Made by a program: the position numbers and the translations under genes. A model generated the notes under the pieces. It searched no databases. It saw only the letters and a list, made by a program, of their open reading frames with translations, and was not told the origin of the DNA. From NCBI GenBank assembly GCA_903813345.2, contig CAIIXF020000001.1, positions 15,934,001-15,998,000 of the forward strand: a stretch of DNA of 64,000 nt. The letters run 5' to 3'. Shown here piece by piece: positions 25,344 through 40,595 of the stretch. Numbering within the stretch: position 1 is the stretch's first letter; every line of letters starts with the position of its first letter. This DNA is from Owenia fusiformis. Taxonomy: Eukaryota.

Positions 25344-25889
25344 TGCCTTGGTCACATTTGCCCAGATTTTCACTAGGGCGGCCGACCGATATGTTGTTCA
25401 AATCAGCGTGTAAAGTTAAATAAAATCCCTAGATGACCTTACGATGCCACTGGAAGTCGTAAGATAATCGTGCGATGACCGTACGGGACACGGCCGGGTA
25501 GGTACCGATGAGTTTGGTTGAGAAAAAATCGCCAACACATCGGCAACTTTTATCTCCGCGATAAAACTCTGCCGGCGCCCGGGCGATGTCTAAAAATCGG
25601 TCGATGGTGCTCGATCATCGGGCGGGGCCCATACGATGCCCGGTGTAAAAGGGTAGGTGGTCCTATGAAATGTTGGTCCTACTCTCTATTGATTTATATG
25701 GTGACCTAATTACAATTATTTTCCTTTATTATTTATACACAGTCAGGGCCACAAAGGGCCGTAAGGAAAGGAAACCATAATCCCCAGGGGACCATAATTT
25801 CTTTTACACCGGGCTTGCCGGTCGTTTTTGAACAAAATACCCATCGGCCGGGCACCGTAGTGAAAATCTGAGCCTATGTGACCAAAACA
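25344..25889. mobile_element. PIF/Harbinger-like MITE
   Basis: TAA|TGCCTTGGTCACAT...ATGTGACCAAAACA|TAA, i.e. a 3-bp TAA TSD; CpG-rich interior with CGGCCG/CCGTA motifs. Confidence 0.7.
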
Positions 25890-27553
25890 TAAGTGGGATT
25901 ACATATATGCTCCACATTTATAATGTTTTTTTACAAAATATGTCATAACATGAAACTTTGAAATATCAACCCCTTCTAAATATGAGACAAAATATGGAGT
26001 TTTGGCAGTATTTTAAATAAGTCACATATCTAATAGATTCTGTGTTTGCAGAAGATTGTTGGCTCTGGAAAATGTGGTAGTATATGTATATTTTAAACAA
26101 AATCAAAAAAAATTTTTTAATATTTTTTATTTCATATAAATCATTTGCTGTTTTTATAACAGGGGAAAAAGTACTTGATCATACGATCTGATTACATGTA
26201 TACCATTGAATTTTACTTTTTACAAGTATCACCGCTTTTTACAAACAAATAATTCTCTAACTTGAAATTAATACTTAAATATTATTGAATAAAATAATGG
26301 CTTTTCTGATGATGATATGAATTTTGATCAATGATGTAAAATGAAATGATTGCAATATCTCTTGTACAATCTTTTGTATAGCTATGTGGACCTTGTAAAA
26401 TGTATTCAGAAAAAATGTATTTCATTTCCAATACTTTCAGCAAAACAATACATGAATCACATTATCACATGTTCCTTTGGCAGTGAAATAATGTAGTGGC
26501 ATTTAGTTAGATGTTACTATACAATTGCCCTGTTTTATTGAGGCCTGTACAAGGACAAATAATGCTAAATACCTATTAACAAAAAATCAATTGAATTAAA
26601 ATGTATTTTGGTTCTTCAAATAGTCATGATTGTATTGAGAGGACATTTTGAACACATTTGAATTTAGATGTCATGGTTGGCTTAAGTTTGTAGTACCATA
26701 AGATTTCACAAGTCTCTACAGAATTCAGCAGATACCATCTTTTTTCTTTTTACTTGGCATTCCAGTGAATCACCATGAAATAACGTTTGAACTAAACTTA
26801 ATTTTACATGTTTGAATTGCTCTATTGAAACTGAAGTATCTTCAAAGTAAGCAAAGAGAAACTGGTTGTAATAAAATAACTGGAAAAATAAATCAGATGA
26901 TAGTCAAAAATATTACAGGAATGTTCATTACTATACATAGATTCTAACAAATATGATCAATTTCATGTGGAAATATCAAGTAAAAGTACCATTTTAATTA
27001 ACATATATTGTACATGTTATATATTGTACATGTATCATAAGTACTTAAATGCACTCTATTTCATAACTTTGCAGTTATCTAAACTTATAAATACCATAAC
27101 AAATTTGATTGATTCTCTAATATTAATTCAACCAAACTGAAAATTATTGCCTGGTTTGCATATGTGCAAAATAAATGACAACAATTAACAGCAAGGTTTT
27201 TAATAAATAACTCCACAGAATGCTCCACAGTTCTAATACTCCTTCCCCTTTTATTTTACAATACAAAAGTACCTAAAAAGATACCATAAAAACGTTTCCC
27301 TAAAATGTAAGTTTGAGAAGAATGATGGGTTAGGGAGTTGAAAACCATGGAGCATTCTGTAGATGCTCTATACAGCAATAACATGGGTACAGCATGGGTA
27401 GGATCCAATGAATTAAACTGCCAATTTATACAACATGACATTGAATACTAAGTTGTATTCTTCATTGAAAAATGTTGGTATCATTAAGTAGGATGTCACA
27501 TGTAAAACAGCACTATAATCCCCCAGAAACTGCCCCCAACAAGCCACAATACT

Positions 27554-30500
27554 CTAAACATCAGAGGCCTCCAGAGTCGCATTCAGTAACAATTGCTTTT
27601 TCATGCGTATAAGTTCAGCATGGGTGAGCTTCCTCCTGGAAGGCGTCACACTAGTGTCTGTACTTGTAATGTTGGTTAAAGTCTCAGAAGATGTATTTGT
27701 CTCCGATGAGTCAGATGTTGAATTTGTTAGACTACTTGCGCTAGTGTTCCTCAGTAGATCTGATGCACTATGACTTGTCAGTTTATCACTGTTTGTATGT
27801 AAATGTTCGTTGATATTACTATCACTTCTTGATGTTTTGATACCATTTAGTATATCACCATCTTCAAAATAATGATGGTTGTCATCAGTTGGCAAAAAGT
27901 CATCCTCATTTTCTTCGTTGATGAGTGAACTTGTTGAACTTATTCCACTGGAGCTTCGTACGCTGCGCAGTGATTCTGAACTGTAGGCTTTGCCCTTTAG
28001 TTTACCATTACCATCCTCAATGTTAATGTCTACTGTGTTACCAAAGTTCCAAGACAGGCGTTTATGAATGCTTGCATCGCGATCTTTTTTGTTCATATCT
28101 TGTATTGCATCTGCTGTATGATAACGTTTTTCTCCCCTGGATGATCTTCGTTGATTCAGTTTACTTCTAATATCCTCAGAGACAAAGTCCATGTTATTAT
28201 GAGTTACTGTGTTATATGCAGGGGGTGGGTAATCAGGAGAGGTGCCACTAGATTCATTACTAGATTGCGAGTCTGTGCGTGTTATAGCCTGTTGAGCAAT
28301 GATTGTGGGCACAGGCTTCACAACACCACCCTCCTGAGTGGTATCTGTGGGCTGTACGGGGGATGTTGCTACCCTAGGGGAATTGTCCCTGGGTGAGGTC
28401 CTTGGGGACTCACTAGGGGAACCATTAATAGAGTTAATAAGAGCATGGTCTGGACAGGACTTATTCCTTGATATAGCGTCTGTATCATTCACATGATGGG
28501 CTGCGGAGAATGTTGCGGACCTAGGTCTCATTTCCTCTACAATAACTTCCAGATTTTCCGTATTTTCGGCATCCTCTACCAAGTCAGTACTAGATGACCT
28601 AGATGCAATGTTTGGTAAGAACTTATCTGAACTGTCACTTTCCTGGCGGGAGACCGCCTTATGTGTATTATCAAGAATGGCTGAGCTTGGGTAATCCCCA
28701 TTTATTGCATCACTCTCAATTTGTAGATAGGAGAGTTTGGAGGCCCTCGTAGTCATTGCTTTACGCGCTTCTTTGTAACTCTCCTGAGCTTTCCTTATAT
28801 GGTCAATCCAGAGTTTGACGGGCTCTCCATGGAATGTATAAGCTTTCTCTGCTACGTCATAGTCACTGAGGTAGACCAATAGGAAACTCACTGGAAAAAG
28901 AACAACATATTAATTTACAAAGCTATTCTATATAAGGAAATCATAGTGCAGAATTCAAGTTCACATATAGGTATGGTTTTCTGTAATGCTTCTAATGATT
29001 ATTCCATCTTGCCCGATAATTAGTCTTGGTTCTTTTTATATCCTGCACATTAATATTTTTGTCAAATGAATCTATACAATGCCAAGTATTACATGCAGTT
29101 TGAGAGATTAACAGGGCTTTTCTATTGTGACTGAGTCCTCATTCGTATAGCGAAAGGTCTTTAATGCATTCAAGGTCAAATATTATACAAATATTATATC
29201 CTACCTCCATCTCTCAGCTCTCTGATTGCAATCCTGTCCAGTCTCATTGGTGCTTTAATAACACGCACTTTACTAGAACTTAAGTTTGTCTTCCTACTAA
29301 CTGGCTTTGTGATTAAAAACATGTCTGTGAAGAGGAAACAATAGACATCGTTGCGACTGTAAGCATCTTTTAATTTGAGAGGTCCTTCTATAAGGAGGTT
29401 CCGCTTAAGCTCTGGGCTACAGCCAGGTAAAGGGCAGGTTAGGTCTAACTTTGTGTATTCACCAATTAACTGAAAAATAAGGATATCAATTAATCAAGGG
29501 TTAACAATAACATTAGTTTTTATGTAGGCAATTAACAACTGATTGCAGTAACAATATTTCCCAAAATGGTAGTGTAAATAGTTGAACTTAGTGTACATGT
29601 ACTTTTATTCTGAATAGTTTTGGCTCCTGAAATTTCAAATCTGATTTTATTTATTTATTTACCTTGACACATTCTTCACTATTTAGATCAACGGCTTCAT
29701 AGCTCTCAATTCGACTAATAAGGGCAGCAAGACGTTCCTGTTCCTGCACATGACGTATTGTGAGGTTAACATGAGACACAAACGTATTGACATTCTCAAT
29801 CTGGAATTTAAAAAAATACTACCATTCTTGATTTTCTTTAGGATCTAGTGTAATAAAGAGGTGGAGATGAGGATGAGGATACATGCAACAAAAGAAAATT
29901 ATCAACCTAAGCACAGTGAATACTATATTCTGGTAAACAGGAAATTGATTATAACGAATGCATTAGTGAGTCATATGAAACCTAGATACTCTAACTTCAT
30001 GAAATCAATATTTAGGTTGATAAACAGGTCCCAGAATAACCTTTAATATTTTGTAATAATAGTAGATAATGAAATATTGTTTGATATGTCTTGTTACCAT
30101 GGTTTTATCTAGTGACACACACTTATCCAGACCTTGCTTCTTATACCATAAGTAACATGACATGAATGTTTTTGTTACATAAAAATAATTCATGGTATTC
30201 CCTTTGGTCCTTTTTCAGATCAATATTTTCACTTGTGTTTCTGAATGGTGAGGGAAGAAGGACAGGTGTCATATTTTGGGCATTTGGGGATTGTTTTAAG
30301 ACGTGTTGTCTTAGATGGTTGTCTTTCTGTGCAATAGAACACTGTAGGCTATAATCTCCAGTCTTTCCCCAGTTAGCATTTGTGGTGCTACATTCTATCA
30401 TTTCACTTACCATATCTATCAAATCATCCTGATCTTCTTTGTCATCAGTTTTCTTTAGTATTGCATTAAGTAATAGGCTATATTTGGTGAGACGTTGCAT

Positions 30501-33500
30501 GGGCATCACTAGTAAGTCTGTCAGCTTTAGTCTATTGCACTGAGATTGGCTCTCTGCCCACTAAAACGCAAGCACAATTTTATGAGTTATTTATAGTAAA
30601 ATTACATCTATGCACTCGCCCAGTAATATGTTTTTAATGTAAAGTATATTTTTACTTTGTTTATATGTTTCTATGGTCTAATGTATGGCTGCAGTCGAAA
30701 TAATTACATAATGTATTAGTAGAATATGATTTCACAAGATATTAAGTGATACTTGGAAATTGTTTTATTTTTCATATTGATAAGTACTCACCATTACAAA
30801 AGTTTTAAAGACATCATTCTCTGAATATCTTGACTTCATATACTCAACACAACTCTGCTGATCTAAGCAGTACTTGGTGTATGGATGGAAGAGCTCTTCA
30901 AACTGGAAGCAAAAAAGACATCACAAGATTCAGATTATACTTATGCTTAGAAAAATAATACACGAAGCACTGTACATAGACAGTAGTTCCTAGCATAAAC
31001 CAGATTATATAGTTTTTCCAAACTTGATATTACATATTTGGTCTAAGGCGTTCCTGTTACACAGAAAATGTTGAATCTATTGATATTTAAGTGTAGAGAT
31101 AAGAGTATCAAACAAATTCCAACCATACCAATCCAAAAAGGCAATAGATGTTATAAGAATAAAGTTCTAAATCCTGGAAAGTGGTCTTAAATGTCTTTGA
31201 AAGCCTTATTAAGCCTAGACTTCTTTGAAATCGCTTGAGATATTGAAAATTGCACAAAATGCAATAATAACTCAACAATTTACAATTCTTTTTTTAATCA
31301 AATCACTAAAAGACCATTAAACCAGCTGCCGATCCTGGATTCTAAGAAGTAATTAAATCAAGTGGACTGAAGTGATGGTTTTCACTGGGGTTGTACAGGG
31401 CTTGTAGACAGATTAAGAATCAAGATAACCCAATAACCTAATGAGTTGTATTGTTCACACTGAAGGGTTACAAATTGTTCCGCAAACAATTTAACGTATG
31501 TATCATACGTGTAATTTGTATCAACCCAAGTCGTTCTCAAATCTGATGTTTTATTTAAATAGCAATACAAATAAGAATTGTGATAAATCAGTTAGCACCA
31601 AAGTTCACTGATCCCAAACTGGCTAACATCCTCTATCGCTGACACATTTCTTGCTCCATGATAATGTCTCAAGATCAAAAACAGGAAATGTGCCTGAATA
31701 ACACAAATCAATACCAGCACTTAAAACAAAAATGAAGCTAAGCTAAGCATAAAATTGAAACAGTGTTTATGCTAAATTCTTCCCTTCCATTAGCCCGATA
31801 AACTATACCATACGAGGGTTGTACAAAAAGTCTGTTTTTCATTCTTTTGATATCATATATTTTTGATTACCCTCGTATAAGCAACAGCCTCGTCTGAACA
31901 AATCTTTACCTTTTCAAAAGCTTCCTTCAGCATTGTTGGCTTGAGTGGTGTCCTAGATGACCTTGCCTCTTGCAACATCTTGAATATATAACTCTCCCAG
32001 AATAGGCAATTAGCTGTTACTACATCACTGATATTGTTGAACAGTTTTTCAGTCTCAATCTGCAAGAGTTGTGAAACCATAAATGGATACTGACATAGCA
32101 GCATGCTTATTAAGAAATAGGCCTGTCTTGGGGACATTGAAATTGCTAATCATTTAAAATAAGATGATGGAAGAATGTGGAATTGCTTTAAAAACCAATC
32201 ACTGTTTCTAAAAAAGTCTCTCTTCCCTAAACTGATCTTTGCTAAAAAGTTGTTTTTATTTCTTTATAATTTGCCTTATATTGTCCAGTTTCAACACATG
32301 ATGACTTGACTTGATATATAAAATCCAATGCATTTCTAAATGAAAAGATTCAAACGTAACAGTTAGCACTTTAAGAGGTCACAAAATAGAAACTAAGTGT
32401 AAATACCTCATTGAGGACTGACTGGTTCTGTAGGTCCAAGAGACAGCAGAGGAAGAGATCAGCGATGACCTGCACCTTCTTGATGTACTCTGTCTCTGTG
32501 TGAAGAAGTTCCCAAAGGGCCTCTTGCTGGTCCTTCTCCTTCTTGCTCAGACCCTACAACATAAGAATAACGAATTCATGTGTATGTGAACCACACCTAG
32601 TTGCTTAGACTCTTCAACATAGTAATAACAAGGCATTAACATGCAAAATGTCACCACCTTCCATTTGTTACAGATGCCGAATGCTGACCACCGAATGCTG
32701 AACACTATCCACAAAAAATTGGAGACTATAACAACAGTTATAAACAACTCAGACTCTACAACAAAGGAATAATGAAGCAGCAAAGAAAGGATGTTTCAAA
32801 CAATTCCACACAAAATGAAAGAAAAGTATGGAACAGTATCCACCAATTCAGAATGTATTATGATTCCTTAACGATAAAGATATTCTTCAGTGAAAGGAAT
32901 ATACTGCACTTATAGAATAATGGAGGATGATTTGTAATGGTTTTTAAATGATATCAGTAAAAGAAAAGACTAATCTGTATAACAATACAGTTCAATATAT
33001 GATGCCATATGACGTCTTCTATAATATCATAACAGTTGAACAACAATAACATGTTGTTTTTTCAAATTGGAATGTGATATTTCACAGCTGTTACCATGGC
33101 CTAACAATAACGATATGTGGACTATCGATTTTACTTACCTGAATCAATTATGGGTAAATTTTGCCTACACACTACACAGATAAAATAAACTTTAGAAAAT
33201 ATTCACAAGATGACGATAACATTGGCAGCTGCTACATTCATTAGTATGCACACATAGACTTTAAGAATCATGTATACCAATGTGAAGTTTATAATATTAA
33301 ACAGATTTAAAAGTTATCCTTCCATGTAAACATTCTCCACTCTGATCTACCAAACTAATGCTGTATATCAGTCGCTGAATTGTGCTCTCTTGAATTTTTG
33401 GAAGAAATGTGTTACTTGCTCGAGGCAAGAAAGGGGAGAGGCAAATGCCCAGGGTATGTGACATTAACCTTTCACCTTAAATAAGATCCCTACCTCATTG

Positions 33501-36500
33501 TCATCCACCACTTGTGACCAGTGCTCCTCTATATCAAGGAGGCTGGCATCAAACATTGGTTTTCCCATGGTCAACAATGCGGGCATCTCAGGAAACCCAT
33601 GGCTACTATACCCATTTAGGTAATCTGCAAGGGCCTCTTGTTTTTCTTTGTCCTGAAAATACATGAAAATATTATTTCATTTTCTGGGTTTCTACTGTCA
33701 TAGTACTGTATTGTTTTATGATTTTTTTTATTATATGGGTTGATATTGTTTGTAGGGGTTTGCAATTTTTATGTTGGCAGGCTACGTTTGTTTACTGCTG
33801 TTTGGATCTTCTAGTAGGCTATCTGTTAACGGATGGTTGACCTTTATTCGATAACTACAATCTGTTTTGATTTCCTCATTAGCAAGTAATGAATTATCTA
33901 AAGGTAGCAGGTTCTACTCCCATTGGAACTGGAGAGCAATTTCTTTCATCATCCATCAATTCAATATGAAAGTTGTGATGTCATGAATTTCATCATAATG
34001 ATGTCATGAATTCCATCATCCATCAATTCAATATGAAAGTTGTGATGTCATGAATTTCATCATGATGATGTCATGAATTTCATCATGATGATGTCATGAA
34101 TTTCATCATCCATCAATTCAATATGAAAGTTGTTTCGTATTTTTGTTATTAATTTTGAGGTTTTTTGATATTTAGGACATTTGTTTCTCAAAATAACCCC
34201 ACACCGATTAGTACTTTGATTCTTTGGGGATTTGCTAAACAATAGCATACACATAGAATTTGTACTAATATTATTAGAATTTACTCACTTTTTTATGTTT
34301 TTCGTATCGACAAGACATTAATCTTCAACATGCTTCCAAATATAGCCCTCTAAGTGTTGTATTCATTCTTGTAATGAAGATTTAATACGGATAACAGATA
34401 TTTCTAAAAAAGTTTTTCAAATTTCATGAGCAGTCGATATTTTTTATCTAAATGACAAACTTCGTGTAAATACGAAATCCAAAAGTAAAAATGGAGGGAA
34501 ATTTTGAAAAATGATTTTCACCTTCCGGGGTGTATTAAAAGGATTTTCAACCTCAAGTCTGGCTGCTGTATCGTCTACGGCCTTTGTTTTCCTGAACTTA
34601 GGCATAAGCAATAATTTTGTTATTAATTTGACAGGTGATTTCGTTTGGCACTGTTAAGTTTCCCATCTACCACATAATTCCTCCCAGAATGCAACGCGCG
34701 AAAATGGCCAAAATTTGAATAGATTTCGAGAGTCAAATATTACAGCAAATTGTTCCAGTTATAAAGTATTGTTTCCACTGATCGATCGCTCATTACATTG
34801 GAAAAAGAATCCTCTTCACAGAAGAGAAGAAAAAAGGTAAGGAAACTGCCGATATTGTCAGAACTTGAATCTTCAAATCATGTGAAAAAAACCGCAAAGA
34901 ATCAAAGCCTAAACTTTGTGGGGTTATTTTGAGAAACAAATGTCCTAAATATAAAAAAAACTCAAAATAACCCCACATTTATGGGGGTAATGTACAACAA
35001 ATAACATCAAAACAAAACAATTATAAAAGTCAGCAATAAGTTTATATGAATTATCATGTAAGTAAGTAAGGATTACTGGTAGTTTGTATAAGGTTTAATG
35101 AAGTACTCTAAAGAGCACCTTGTATACCAAGGAAGCTTTTTATAATCTGTTTTATTTCATCACGTTATAGTTGAATACAACTGTATACGAGGCATTAACA
35201 AGCAAACCTGCCATTTGTTACAGTCACCAAACTTTAATCGCTGACCACTGGATGCCGAATACCAAACTCAAAAATAGTTGGAGACAATATGGTGACAATA
35301 TGGTGGTGAAATAATAAGTTGTAAGAAAGGAGATACTTGGAGAATCAGAATGACATGATTAGGATGTGGTATTATGAAACATGTAGTATCAAATTTTAAT
35401 GCATCAGTATCACCAATATAGGAGCTAAATATAATAACACCAAGGCCATGTATTAATATAAAGTTGAAAAGAGGGGATTCTGCAAAGAACAAAACAACAA
35501 TCAAGTAGTAAATTTCCAAAACAAGAAAATAATACAATCATTGAAATTATAGAAAGACTGTGAAATAAGAGTGATAAATGAGACACTTTAACAAGGACAC
35601 TTTAACAATGGTCAAATGATGTTATGCAATTTACATGTAATTTTAAAACATATCGTAAAAATCAAAACCAATACATAACAATAGCCCAGGGTTTCTACTA
35701 AGGTACACAAAGCATAAATGTTAGTAAATATTTATATTCATTAATTAAACAGTATTTAGCCCCCTACAGTGAAACGATGATGAAAGGAGTTATTGAATTG
35801 TTTTTATTTGACACTTGATCTACTAAGAGGATGGATTTTTATTGTTTTATGAGACTTTGTATATTTGTATACCGTTTTATTATCACTACTTAATACTTTA
35901 AATATGGAATAAACAAGTGACACTTTTAGAACATTTATCTAGGTAACGGGATATTGGGGACATTTTGGACAATCAAGGAAAAATTGATTGAAGCAATATA
36001 ACTATAGAATTCTATGCCAACCATTGTTCAAAGCTATTAATCATCTATATTGTGAATAAATTTCCCAGGTACCAATCTAGGAGTCTCCTTTGTCTTTAAT
36101 TGTTAATATTAATGTTAGTGACCATTAAATGTCAATATAAATACTCTACTTTTTGACATTTAATCAAGATCGATAGGCCCAAAACTGTAAAAGTCTTGAA
36201 AGTATTGTCACAAAATGCTTCAATAAACCAAGAGTATATATGTTTAACCTTGTATGTGATTTATCTACTGGTATCAGATCCTATGGAGTATCTTTATATA
36301 TACACAGGGGAGTAATATAAGATTAATATAAATAGTCTCTACCAAGTTCAATCATTAACCAAATGGCACTCACTGTTCAATGTGACAACTGGACATTCTA
36401 GAAAGTTAGTTGACAATTATGACTTGATTTTGCAACTGAATTCAAATTTAAAGTACTTCAATAATGAGTGTGCACTTTTATGTAGTGAAAATGAACAAAG

Positions 36501-37417
36501 GGCAACAACTGAAAAAAACAATGCTAACCCCATCAAATCATAGGAAACATGTAGTGAGTTTGGGCAAAAAGCTATCCATTGTGGTCCTGTTATCTTTATC
36601 AGTTCCATTCTGCCTCTTTCGTTGAATTGTCAAATGAAGATAGTTTAAAAGCAACTTTACCTTTACAAAAGGACTGAATAGCGATGTCATGAATTTGCTC
36701 TGTGATCTTGGTCTGTTGAGCTGTTTGAGGTCAGCACCAGTGAGCGTGCCGTGAGGGCTACTGGAAATCTCTGTGTTTGTCATGTCTTCAAGGACCAATG
36801 CCCCTTTCTTCCGACCAATACTCTGTAAATACAGAACACAACACGTAAGTAATTTGTGCATGGGAAGTATATAAACATACTTTATGTATTGTTAACAAAT
36901 TGTTTGGAAATCAGAAAATTAAATGCAAATATGAAACTTAAGCTGTTGTAGGGTACAGTTAGAGCAAGATCAAAGATGAAAACTAAACATCGATTAATCT
37001 GATGCACTTGATTCACTCAGTACTAACATCTTGACCTAACATTGGCACAAAATGTTAAATCAAATGTGAACATGCTTTACGTCTCATTAAAGATGCAGCC
37101 ATTACATGACATCATTCGGTTTTAACCAATCACATTCCCCTATACATTCACTCCCTAAAACCACCTCAGTTTCCAAATGGGTCCTCATACCAGGCACTTA
37201 CATTTACATATCCTGTCTCTGTAAGACTAAGGGAAACATCTGTCAAGACATTTATATGGGGTTTCTTATATACAACAGAGCTGCCCCTGCGTATTGTTTT
37301 AGTCTTCCTAAAGGAGCCACCCCCAGGTTCAGCTAGATGGCCAAGCATGGAGAGATTGTCTATACTCTTGCTCCTAGCCATGCGGGCCTCAGGCCTCGTA
37401 TGTACATAAAATGTCAT
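27554..37417 (-). CDS. PLEKHG5: PLEKHG5-like Rho guanine nucleotide exchange factor (DH-PH, C-terminal PDZ-binding motif)
   Basis: Core exons (minus): 36822-36661, 33652-33494, 32553-32407, 32059-31910, 30902-30792, 30560-30411, 29800-29663, 29469-29205, 28890-27554 (2619 nt, open, GT-AG). The nearest candidate first exon is 37417-37202. DH motifs: QQEALWELLHTETEYI, LFNNI, CNRLKLTDLLVMPMQRLTKYSLLLNAILKKT. PH motifs: LDLTCPLPG..LLIEGPLKLKD..DVYCFLFTDMFLITK..RELRDGVSFLLVYL. The C-terminus RKLT..LLLNATLEASDV resembles the PLEKHG5 tail. Confidence 0.92.
33944..34132. repeat. Compound tandem repeat (~69-bp unit with 22-bp TGATGTCATGAATTTCATCAT(G/A) subunits)
   Basis: TCATCCATCAATTCAATATGAAAGTTG occurs three times, separated by variable numbers of the subunit. 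Confidence 0.85.
34153..34968. mobile_element. Inverted-repeat element in a PLEKHG5-like intron
   Basis: TATTTAGGACATTTGTTTCTCAAAATAACCCCACA..CTTTGATTCTTTG at ~34170-34226 is mirrored at ~34895-34951; outer ends unclear. Confidence 0.65.
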
Positions 37418-39832
37418 TGTTTATGCTTCTAAAGAAGGATAGATGTTTTTATCTACTGCAGTATATTCTGTCTACCATATTGTGTTTCCTGTCTACCATA
37501 CTATGTCCCTGTCTACCATAATATGTTCCTAGTCTCCAAGTGTTTTCTCTGTCTACCATAGTATGTAACACGTATATCCACCTACACATTTAAATACATA
37601 GTTTCTTGACCATTCTCAAAAATCTCTGCGAAATACTGTCTAATCCCTATTGTAAAACCACCCCAATGCTTATCAACAACATGTATATCCACAATGACTG
37701 GGTTATATATATAACATTGACAAACATACAACATACTTCAACTCTCTGTATCATGACTCCTAATCTTATTATCTTATTATTATTGGTCCGCCTTTTATCT
37801 ATGGCGACTCTGTATGACATTCCTACATATATGATGTTCGTTATCACATGATAATTCTCTGACCACTCTAAATAATTGACCATCACCAAGTTTTACAATG
37901 TTAGAGCTGATTTCAAATCATAAAACACTTGTTCAGGGTTAGATGCTGATAACCCCCTCCCCCACCTCCAAATAAGGGTAACACCATATAAGGATAATGC
38001 TGAAGCCACCCTTTTTAAGAGTCAATACTGTAAAACTTTCTATTCTGATCAGAGCATAGTAAGTAGTCTGTAAGTTTCTGGGAAAGCACCCGAGGGTAAG
38101 CCGAACTGGTCTTAACTCCACAGAGAGTCTCTTTCAATCATAGCATTGTTATCCTTTATTTATTTTATAAAAAATAATAAATCGTTATAATATTGTTTAA
38201 ATTTGAATGGAAATGTATCTTGAATTGTGACAACTTAAATTCTTTATATAGGAAAGTAATTATTTGCCTTTCAAATTTTCTCATCTGACAAGTTAATGGT
38301 AAACTGTGAATGAAAATGTATCTTGTGTTTCAGAGAAAAGAACAAGTTATTTTGCAACAACTCGATGTATAAAATTAACATTATGTACATCATGAGAAGT
38401 AAAATTGGCACATGTTCATTTCCCAGCTCTAAGATCCTACATGATTATGCATAATAAATTATCAATTACTGATATAAGAAAGGGCAGGAAGCTATATGAA
38501 GGATACAATGATGATAACAAAGAGTACTAATTTCTTTAATTTTCTGATGTATGTTTTTCCTATCAAGGAAATGGTAAGGACAAAACACCTCTACTGCAGT
38601 CAGGTGATCCAATGTGTTACTGAATTGCCCCGGATATATCACTCTTAAAGACAAAACTAGTGTTAACACTAGACTTGATCTGCTATGCAAATATAAGGCA
38701 GGAAAGTCCAATGTTAAACTCTTACACAGTACACTAATTTCCGCCCAATCTTCAAATATATTAAAGTCCAACTTATATACATTTAAACTTATCTTGACTG
38801 GTCAATATACACAATATCATACATGAGTTCAATGACAGGTCCTTCGAGAATGATAAATGGTCAATTGAGAAAGTGTTAGAGGTATTTAGTATTGATATTA
38901 CTTAAGTGAAAACTCCCATTCTTCAAGCCCAAGAAAGATCTCCTTTAAATTCTTAAATTCAAAGTTCTACTTAAAATTAATATTTTGATTGATTTTCAAT
39001 GAAATTCTTATAAGGAATATCAACATTTAAGAAAAAATGTCTATGTCAAATAAACCTATATCTGTCACTGAAAATACAGTGCTTCGAGTACCACAGGTTC
39101 TATGCTATCACAGAAATATTTATAGTAAATTAATAAGATATTAATATGACACAACTGATACGAAAAGGTAAACATATCTTTGCACAATCAATCGATGACT
39201 TACCTTAAATCAACATAACATATGACGTTAAAGTGACTCCTAGTCCATATTTTACTCCTAAAGCATTCATATCAATTTTCCGTGTAAATAATCATGGCAA
39301 AATGTCAGATTTCAATTCATACAAACTTGCCAATTAACTGCAATTTTGGCTAATTTCAGAATGTTATATTGAAATGTAGTAATATTCTACGTCATGTTTT
39401 ACGTGACCCAAGGCGTTTTCCACCATGAAGCTTTTCTTGATTCCAAATATACCAATTATTCATACAAATAAGGCTCTATAAGCTCAAAATCAATTTATAA
39501 ATATTTACACCTATTTTTTTTATCTTGGTGTAAGAAAATAAAAGCTAATTCAAATGTGTATAGGCTATATCAGGTGCAGTTTGGTTTCTTAATAGCCAAT
39601 AGAGTAAAAAAGTTAGTTTACATGAGTACTTTGAAATGATTTTGTATGAACCGATTATGTTATTCTTATAAAACAGGAAACAGCACTTTTACAATGTTTT
39701 AAAAGGCATTTTGACTTATTTGTCAAGAGCCCCCACACACTTGTACATGTAAGGTTCTTTTCACAATAGAATAAGGATTATAAAAGATGCACTTGGTACC
39801 TTGATCTTAAACCCTTTTCCCATTCAACTCAC

Positions 39833-39898
39833 CATTTTTCTTGACTTGCCCATATTCGTGGGCTGCTCTAGTTTCAGTGGTAGCACGGATACCGCCAT
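39833..39898 (-). CDS. Candidate alternative first coding exon of the PLEKHG5-like gene (MAVSVLPLKLEQPTNMGKSRKM)
   Basis: aaATGG start, 22 codons, phase-0 donor ATG|gtgagt compatible with the phase-0 acceptor at 36822. Confidence 0.5.
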
Positions 39899-40544
39899 TT
39901 ATTCAAGATTTTCTTTCAATAATCCATAAAAAAGAAATCCATGAAGTATATATCCTTTTTATTAACTTGTGAAAGTAAGCAACTTCTATTGAACTTTGTG
40001 AATAATCAACTTCGACACATACACAGGTGTTATATTCTCAAAGTTGCTTTTTAACTAATTGTTGTTGATTTTACATTGATCAGTGCCTGCTTGTACCGAT
40101 ACTTAAACTTAAACTCTCAAAAAACTTGACAGTTCTAACATCAAAGCACATAGCTAAACCATTCTACTATTTACTTGAGTATGATTTTTAACATATTGAG
40201 TCATGTATATCTGTTAAGTCTACACGACTGTGGAATTTCGCCGGTTAAAATACTGAGATGTCAATATCTAAGCTATAGTCCACTTGAATTATATTCAAAA
40301 TTTTAATTACCTGCTAGCAAAAACCTGTTGTCAGTCAGTAATTGATGGTGCACAAATCATATTTCAATGTTTATAATTGCCTCAGATGTTAATTGAGCAA
40401 TTAAAACTACTAAACTACAAAAATGAAATTGAATTTGTTCTATATATGATTTCACTATTGTAAATTATTTTACGATACACTGACATATTGTGAAGAACAG
40501 TTAGGATAAATTAAATAAATTAACATATTTTACAATTATCATAC

Positions 40545-40595
40545 CTTACGTCTTCCAGTCGTTAAACTCATTGAGAGGCTTTGATTTACCACCAT
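40545..40595 (-). CDS. Candidate alternative first coding exon of the PLEKHG5-like gene (MVVNQSLSMSLTTGRRK)
   Basis: aacaATGG start, 17 codons, phase-0 donor AAG|gtatga. Confidence 0.5.

Noticed and set aside
28151-28396. Plus-strand ORFs overlapping real exons (also 10124-10357 and 11579-11882; minus-strand 13949-14365)
   Set aside because: They are antisense shadows of the coding exons on the opposite strand.
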